Positions 58,906 to 64,000 of a DNA stretch of 64,000 nt are shown in pieces. The first letter of the stretch is position 1; each line of letters starts with the position of its first letter. Position numbers and translations under genes: made by a program. The DNA comes from an uncultured Acidobacteriota bacterium (GTDB taxonomy: Bacteria > Acidobacteriota > Thermoanaerobaculia > Multivoradales > UBA5704), in NCBI GenBank assembly GCA_963700145.1, contig OY969474.1, positions 992,001-1,056,000 of the forward strand, given 5' to 3'. The notes under the pieces were generated by a model. It saw only the letters and a list, made by a program, of their open reading frames with translations. It searched no databases and had not been told where the DNA came from.

Positions 58906-60120
58906 TCACCCTCCACTCTCTTCCGGCGGCTTGAGCCCCCGGAACGACCGATACAGGAGCAGGTCGTAGACGATCTTGATCCCGGCGCCGGCCAGGAGCG
59001 GTGCCGCGAGCCCCAGGCCCTGCATCGCCCACCCCCCTAAGCTCGGCCCGAGCGCCCACATCGCCAGGCGCACCAGGTTCGTCACCCCCGAGGCGGTCGT
59101 CCGCTCCTCCGGCCGTACCATCGCCATGACGTACGACTGCCGGGTCGGCACGTCCATCTCGACCAGCGCCTCGCGCAGCAGGAAGAGTGCCGCCGCCAGC
59201 GGGAAGGTCGGTACGAAAGCGACCGCCACCAGCAGCAGGCTCGCCGGGATGTGGGTGAAGACCATCGTGTTGACCAGGCCGACACGGCGCGCCAGCCAGG
59301 CGGCGCCGAAGTTGGAGAGGAGGTTGGCGACGCGGGCGGCGAAGAAGAGCCCCGAGAGCGCCGCCACGCCGACGCCGAAGCGCTCGAAGAAGAAGTAGGA
59401 GAGGAGGGTCGTCAAGAGCAGGCCGCCGCCGAGGCCGTCGAGCGCGAAGAGCAGGCTGATGCGGGTCAGGATGCGCCGGCTCTCCGGCGTGAGCCGAGCG
59501 GGCTGCGGCGGCGCGGCCTCCGCGGCCCGAGCCGCCCGCGCCGGCAGCCCGAGGTAGCAGAGCCCCGAGAGCAGCAGCAGGAGCGCGTAGAGCCCAAAGC
59601 AGAGCCGCAGGCTCGCCGTCATCGACAGCGCCGTCGCCGCGACCAGCAGCGCCGGCAGCCCCGCCGCCAGGCTCCCCAGCGAGTGCCCGCAGTCCTGAAG
59701 CGCGGTGTACCAGGCGAAGGCGGCGGTCCGCCGCGCCGGCGTCGTGGTGGCCGGCAGGAGCGCCTGCTCGAGGATCGCCGAGGGCCCGCGGTCCCGCCCC
59801 ATGCCGTTGACCATGCCGAGGAAGGCGACCGCGGCGAGCGCCAGCGGCTGCTCGACCAGCGCCAGGAGCGCGCCGCCCGCGGCGGCGAGGAAGGCGAGGG
59901 CGAGGAGCGCGCCGCGCCCCGCCATCCGCGCGCCGCGCAGCGTGACGACCAGCGCCCCGGCCGCGGCCCCGGCCAGCCCCGCGCCGGCCACCGCCCCCAC
60001 CTGCCCCGGAGAGAGCCCGCGGTCGGCGAGGTAGATGCCGAGCAGCACCCCGGCCATGCCGGTGGCGAGGGCGCGCAGGAACGCGGCGCCGAGGAGGAGC
60101 TTTCGCGCCACGCCGCCCAT
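58906..60120 (-). CDS. MFS transporter
   Basis: About 12 TM segments; RRVGLVNTMVFTHIP, MDVPTRQSY. Confidence 0.88.
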   Translation of the reverse strand: MGGVARKLLLGAAFLRALATGMAGVLLGIYLADRGLSPGQVGAVAGAGLAGAAAGALVVTLRGARMAGRGALLALAFLAAAGGALLALVEQPLALAAVAFLGMVNGMGRDRGPSAILEQALLPATTTPARRTAAFAWYTALQDCGHSLGSLAAGLPALLVAATALSMTASLRLCFGLYALLLLLSGLCYLGLPARAARAAEAAPPQPARLTPESRRILTRISLLFALDGLGGGLLLTTLLSYFFFERFGVGVAALSGLFFAARVANLLSNFGAAWLARRVGLVNTMVFTHIPASLLLVAVAFVPTFPLAAALFLLREALVEMDVPTRQSYVMAMVRPEERTTASGVTNLVRLAMWALGPSLGGWAMQGLGLAAPLLAGAGIKIVYDLLLYRSFRGLKPPEESGG

Positions 60121-60172
60121 CGCCGGCGGACCCTAGCGCAGTCCAATAGACTCTTCGGACGGAGGTGAGGCG

Positions 60173-60643
60173 ATGAGCGACTGGGTCGAGGAAGGCGAGA
60201 CGGCGCCGGACTTCACGCTGCGTGCCGACGACGGCGGCGAGGTGACGCTCTCGGCGCTGCGCGGCAAGCCGGTGGTCCTCTACTTCTACCCCAAGGACGA
60301 CACCTCCGGCTGCACCAAGGAGGCCTGCGCCTTCCGCGACCGGCGCCCCGAGCTCGCGGCGGCCGGCGCCGCCCTCCTCGGCGTCTCGCCGGACGACGTG
60401 GCAAGCCACGTCCGCTTCCGCGACAAGTACAGCCTCAACTTCCCGCTCTTGGCCGACCCCGACCACCGGGTCGCCGAGCGCTACGGCGCCTGGCGCGAGA
60501 AGCACCTCTACGGCAAGACGTCGATGGGCATCCAGCGCTCCACCTTCCTGATCGACCGCGAGGGCAAGGTGCGGAAGGCCTGGAAGCGGGTGAACGTGGA
60601 CGGGCACGACGAGGAGGTGCTCGCGGCCCTCGCCGCGCTTTGA
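60173..60643 (+). CDS. bcp: Peroxiredoxin Bcp
   Basis: YFYPKDDTSGCTKEAC, RSTFLID. Confidence 0.95.
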   Translation: MSDWVEEGETAPDFTLRADDGGEVTLSALRGKPVVLYFYPKDDTSGCTKEACAFRDRRPELAAAGAALLGVSPDDVASHVRFRDKYSLNFPLLADPDHRVAERYGAWREKHLYGKTSMGIQRSTFLIDREGKVRKAWKRVNVDGHDEEVLAALAAL

Positions 60644-61482
60644 GCGAGCGCCTCCGCGCCCGCTTGGTATTGCTCGGGTCCACGGCCGTCTGGGGCGCTT
60701 CGTTCGTCCTGGTGCAGCGCGGCATCGAGCGGCTCGAGCCCTTCCACTTCATCGCGCTGCGCTTCACGCTCGCCGCGCTCCTCCTCCTCCCCCTCCTCCG
60801 CCGCGGCTGGAGCCGCGAGCTGGGGCGCGACGGCGTCGTGATCGGCACCGTCCTCTTCGCCGGCTTCGTCCTGCAGACCTACGGCCTGCTCTGGACGACG
60901 CCGTCGCGCTCGGCCTTCCTCACCGGCCTCTCGGTCATCTTCGTCCCGGTCGTGGGCCTCGCCGCCGGCGCCTACCGGCCGCGCTTCGGGCCGATCGCCG
61001 GCACCCTCTGCGCCGCCGCCGGGCTCTGGGTGCTCTACCGGCCGGAGGCGGGGGGCGGGCCCTTCAACCGCGGCGACGCGCTGACGATCGGCTGCGCCGC
61101 CGTCTTCGCGGGGTACGTCGTGCTGGTCGGGCGGGCGGTGCGCCGCCACCCGGCGGCGCCGCTCATCGTCGTCGCGCTCATCGTCGCGGCCGTCCTCTCC
61201 GCACCGTCTCTCGTTCTCGACCCGCCGGCCCGCGCGGACTTCGGCGGCTTCGCCATCCCCGCCGTCCTCATCACCGGCGTCTTCTGCACCGCCCTCGCCT
61301 TCCTCGGCCAGTTCTACGCCCAGCGCCACCTCGACGCCATCGAGACCGGCGTCATCCTCACTCTCGAGCCGGTCTTCGCCGCCGTCACCTCGATCGCCCT
61401 CGGCGCCGAGCGCTGGAGCGCGGCGCTGCTCATCGGCGGCGCCCTGGTCGTCGCCGCCATGCTGCTGACCGAGCTAAAGTAA
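60640..61482 (+). CDS. EamA/DMT family transporter
   Basis: WGASF..RF, LQTYGL..SAFLTGL, LEPVFA. Confidence 0.88.
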   Translation: MSERLRARLVLLGSTAVWGASFVLVQRGIERLEPFHFIALRFTLAALLLLPLLRRGWSRELGRDGVVIGTVLFAGFVLQTYGLLWTTPSRSAFLTGLSVIFVPVVGLAAGAYRPRFGPIAGTLCAAAGLWVLYRPEAGGGPFNRGDALTIGCAAVFAGYVVLVGRAVRRHPAAPLIVVALIVAAVLSAPSLVLDPPARADFGGFAIPAVLITGVFCTALAFLGQFYAQRHLDAIETGVILTLEPVFAAVTSIALGAERWSAALLIGGALVVAAMLLTELK

Positions 61483-61518
61483 AACGGCACGATCCACCGC
61501 GCCGCGAGAGGGGGCCGC

Positions 61519-62619
61519 ATGGAGCTCTTCCGACAACTGGCCGACATGGGGCACGAGCGGGTGCTCTTCTGCTCCAACCCCGACGTCGGCCTGCAGGCGA
61601 TCATCGCGGTGCACTCGACGGTGCTGGGGCCGGGGCTCGGCGGAGTGCGGATGTGGCCCTATGCCTCCTGGGACGAGGCGCTGATCGACGTCCTGCGCCT
61701 GTCGCGCGGCATGACCTACAAGGCGGCCGCCGCCGGCATCAACCTGGGGGGCGGCAAGGCGGTGATCCTCGCCGACCCGAAGCACGACAAGTCGGAGGCC
61801 CTCTTCCGCTCGTTCGGCCAGTACGTGGACTCGCTGGGCGGCCTCTACATCACCGCCGAGGACGTCGGCACCGACACCGAGGACATGGAGCTGATCCTTT
61901 CGGAGACGAGCTGGGTCACCGGCGTTTCGCCGGCCCACGGCGGCGGCGGCGACCCCTCGCCGGTCACCACCTACGGCGTCCTCCAGGGGATGAAGGCGGC
62001 GGCGCAGCGGCGGTGGGGCGAGGCTTCGCTCGCCGGGCGCACGGTGGCGGTGCAGGGGCTGGGGAACGTCGGCTCGCACCTCGCTTCGTACCTGCGGAAG
62101 GAGGGGGCGAAGGTCTTCGGCTCGGACATCGACCCGGAGCGGGTGGCGCGGGCGCGCGACGAGCACGCGGTGGAGCCGGTCGGGGCGGACGAGGTGCTGG
62201 AGGTTGAGTGCGACGTGCTGGCGCCCTGCGCGCTGGGGGCGGTGCTCAACGAGGAGACGATCCCGAAGCTGCGCTGCGCGGTGGTGGCGGGGGGGGCCAA
62301 CAATCAACTGGCGGACGAGGCGCGCGACGGGCGGGCGCTGCACGAGCGGGGGGTTCTCTACGCGCCGGATTTCGTGATCAACGCCGGCGGGCTGATGAAC
62401 GTTTACAACGAGCTGACGGGGTACAACCGCGAGCGGGCGATGCGGATGACGCGGGGCATTTATCTGAATCTGATGCGGGTGTTCGAGATCGCGGGGGCTG
62501 ACGGGATTCCTACGCATGAGGCGGCGGAGAGGGTGGCGGAGGAGCGGATCGCCAAGATCAAGGCGCTGCGGCCGCAGCACTGGGCGCGGACGATGCGCGA
62601 GCGGCGGGCTCGGAGCTAG
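61519..62619 (+). CDS. Leu/Phe/Val dehydrogenase
   Basis: LGGVRM, GMTYK, GGGK, AEDVG, QGLGNVG, GGANNQL, NAGG. Confidence 0.93.
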   Translation: MELFRQLADMGHERVLFCSNPDVGLQAIIAVHSTVLGPGLGGVRMWPYASWDEALIDVLRLSRGMTYKAAAAGINLGGGKAVILADPKHDKSEALFRSFGQYVDSLGGLYITAEDVGTDTEDMELILSETSWVTGVSPAHGGGGDPSPVTTYGVLQGMKAAAQRRWGEASLAGRTVAVQGLGNVGSHLASYLRKEGAKVFGSDIDPERVARARDEHAVEPVGADEVLEVECDVLAPCALGAVLNEETIPKLRCAVVAGGANNQLADEARDGRALHERGVLYAPDFVINAGGLMNVYNELTGYNRERAMRMTRGIYLNLMRVFEIAGADGIPTHEAAERVAEERIAKIKALRPQHWARTMRERRARS

Positions 62620-62631
62620 CGACTCCCTCCT

Positions 62632-62938
62632 GCATGTCGGCCCCCCTATGCATGTCGTCCCCCCATGCATGTCATCCCGAGCGAGAGCGAGGGATCTGGG
62701 CGGGGGGCGGTGCGATGACAGCTCATTCGCGGCACGGACCTTTGCAGAGGCACTGCGGCCAGATTCTGACCCCCCCGGAGCGTCGGGGGGCTTCCGGCGG
62801 GAACCGGCGCGCGCTTTGTTCGCCTGCACGATCTGAGGCGCGCGCCTGCGCTTCGCTGCGCGCATCGGCGGTCGCGGCCTGCGATGGGGCTTGCCGGCGC
62901 TGGCTCAGAGCTTCCCGCCGGAAGCCCCCCGACGCTCC
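62632..62938. repeat. Intergenic repeat cluster: short ATGCATGTC direct repeats, a REP-like palindrome and a 27-bp inverted repeat pair
   Basis: TGTCATCCCGAGCGAGAGCGAGGGATCT near 62670; GGAGCGTCGGGGGGCTTCCGGCGGGAA (62777-62803) with its reverse complement at 62912-62938. Confidence 0.75.
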
Positions 62939-62950
62939 CTCCCCCGCCCT

Positions 62951-63802
62951 ATGACTCGGTCTGTGGTTGTCCCCTGCCTGGATTCTCCCTACGTGAAACG
63001 GACGTTGGACGGTCTCAGCGCCCACGGGGAGATCGAGGTGGTTGTCGTGGGGCGCGATTCGCATGGGTTGGTGCCTCGGGATGGGAGTGTGCACTTCGTA
63101 GAGACGGAGGCGCGGCTCAATCCGGCGGCGGCTCGGAACTTGGGGGTGAGTGAGGCGCGGGGGGAGCGGATCTTTTTTACGGACGCGGATTGTCTGCCGC
63201 TTCCGGGGTGGCTCGCGGGGCTCGATGCGGGGTTGGAGCGGGCGGCTGTGGCTGGGGGGGCGGTGGTGTTTGCGCGGGGCGGGGGGCGGTGGGCGCTGGC
63301 GGACAACATTGCTTCGTTCCATGAGCTTCTGCCCGATCGGCCGGCGGAGGGGGATACGCGGCGGCCGTTGGGGAGTCTGAACCTGGCTTGCACGCGGGCG
63401 GCTTGGGAGGTTGTGGGGGGGTTCGACGAGTCGCTGACGACTAGCGAGGACCACGACTGGGTGTTGCGGGCGCGGCAGGCCGGGTTGGCTACTGCGTTCG
63501 TGCCGGAGGCGGTGGTGGAGCATGCGGCGGTGCGGGGGAGTCTCGCGGAAGTGGAGGCGCACGCTGCCTGGTACGGGGCGCACTTCCATCGCTTTCGCGC
63601 GCGCCATCCGGAGGCGTTCGGGACCGGGCCGACTTGGGCGAGCCGGGAGCGGTTGGCGCGGGCGGTGCCGGTGAAGGCGGTGGCTTCGGCGCTCGGGATC
63701 TTCCTGCGCCATCCTCGCTTGCTGACCTCGCTCCACGCCCTGCCGGGCGTCGTCGCCTTCAAGCGGGCCTGGTACCGGGCGGTGCTGGAGTCTTGGCCGT
63801 GA
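62951..63802 (+). CDS. Glycosyltransferase family 2
   Basis: SVVVPC, AARNLG, FFTDAD, GGFDES..EDHDW. Confidence 0.9.
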   Translation: MTRSVVVPCLDSPYVKRTLDGLSAHGEIEVVVVGRDSHGLVPRDGSVHFVETEARLNPAAARNLGVSEARGERIFFTDADCLPLPGWLAGLDAGLERAAVAGGAVVFARGGGRWALADNIASFHELLPDRPAEGDTRRPLGSLNLACTRAAWEVVGGFDESLTTSEDHDWVLRARQAGLATAFVPEAVVEHAAVRGSLAEVEAHAAWYGAHFHRFRARHPEAFGTGPTWASRERLARAVPVKAVASALGIFLRHPRLLTSLHALPGVVAFKRAWYRAVLESWP

Positions 63803-64000
63803 GGGGGCCGGAGGCGGCGGGTGGCGCGAGCACGGAGAAGCGGGTCGTCGCCTCGACGCTGGCCGCGTACGGCAGTCAGCTCGGGCGGGTGGCGATCCGG
63901 GCGGTCGCCGACTTGGCGCTGGCGCGGCTCATCCTGCCGGACGGGCACGGGCTCTTCGATCTGGCGCTCGGGGTCGTCGTCGTCGCGGGGATCTTCCGCG
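63799..64000 (+). CDS. Wzx-like oligosaccharide flippase, partial (runs off the window)
   Basis: GTGA overlap with GT2; translates ..LALARLILPDGHGLFDLALG.., resembling the LARLLxPxxFG flippase motif. Confidence 0.6.
   Translation, partial: MRGPEAAGGASTEKRVVASTLAAYGSQLGRVAIRAVADLALARLILPDGHGLFDLALGVVVVAGIFR

Overview
High-GC diderm bacterial DNA (lpxB and msbA present). The gene style suggests Acidobacteriota, possibly Thermoanaerobaculia; this is inference only. Positions 1 to about 40.7 kb are the downstream part of an enediyne-type biosynthetic locus: the 3' part of an iterative enediyne PKS (KS-AT-ACP-KR-DH-PPTase), its E10-type thioesterase and an AraC regulator. About 25 accessory genes follow, mostly encoding exported proteins rather than the cytoplasmic tailoring enzymes of actinomycete clusters. 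They include three multiheme c-type cytochromes (one a doubled nitrilase-like/peroxidase fusion lacking the nitrilase Cys), two proteins with ADP-ribosyltransferase-like motifs, two lipocalin-like paralogs and several beta-propeller paralogs. There are also two MFS pumps, two SRPBCC/START proteins, an S9 peptidase, a methyltransferase and a 2OG-Fe(II) oxygenase. Two signals are invisible in the ORF track. (i) The FG-GAP/ASPIC-UnbV/thioredoxin gene is one frame interrupted by an in-frame TGA, followed 11 nt later by a SECIS-like hairpin, so it is a probable selenoprotein. (ii) A 16-bp box CGCAAnnnnGGA(G/T)AAG lies 20-21 nt upstream of a -10-like hexamer at seven promoters, tying the accessory genes into one regulon. 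The remaining 40.7-64 kb is mostly housekeeping (nif3, a degenerate vapBC, udg, coaBC-rpoZ-gmk-yicC, msbA-lpxB, ihf-rpsA, queG, bcp, Leu dehydrogenase, GT2/wzx), with a 21-bp palindromic tandem array and REP-like inverted repeats. All calls come from reading motifs by eye; no searches were run.
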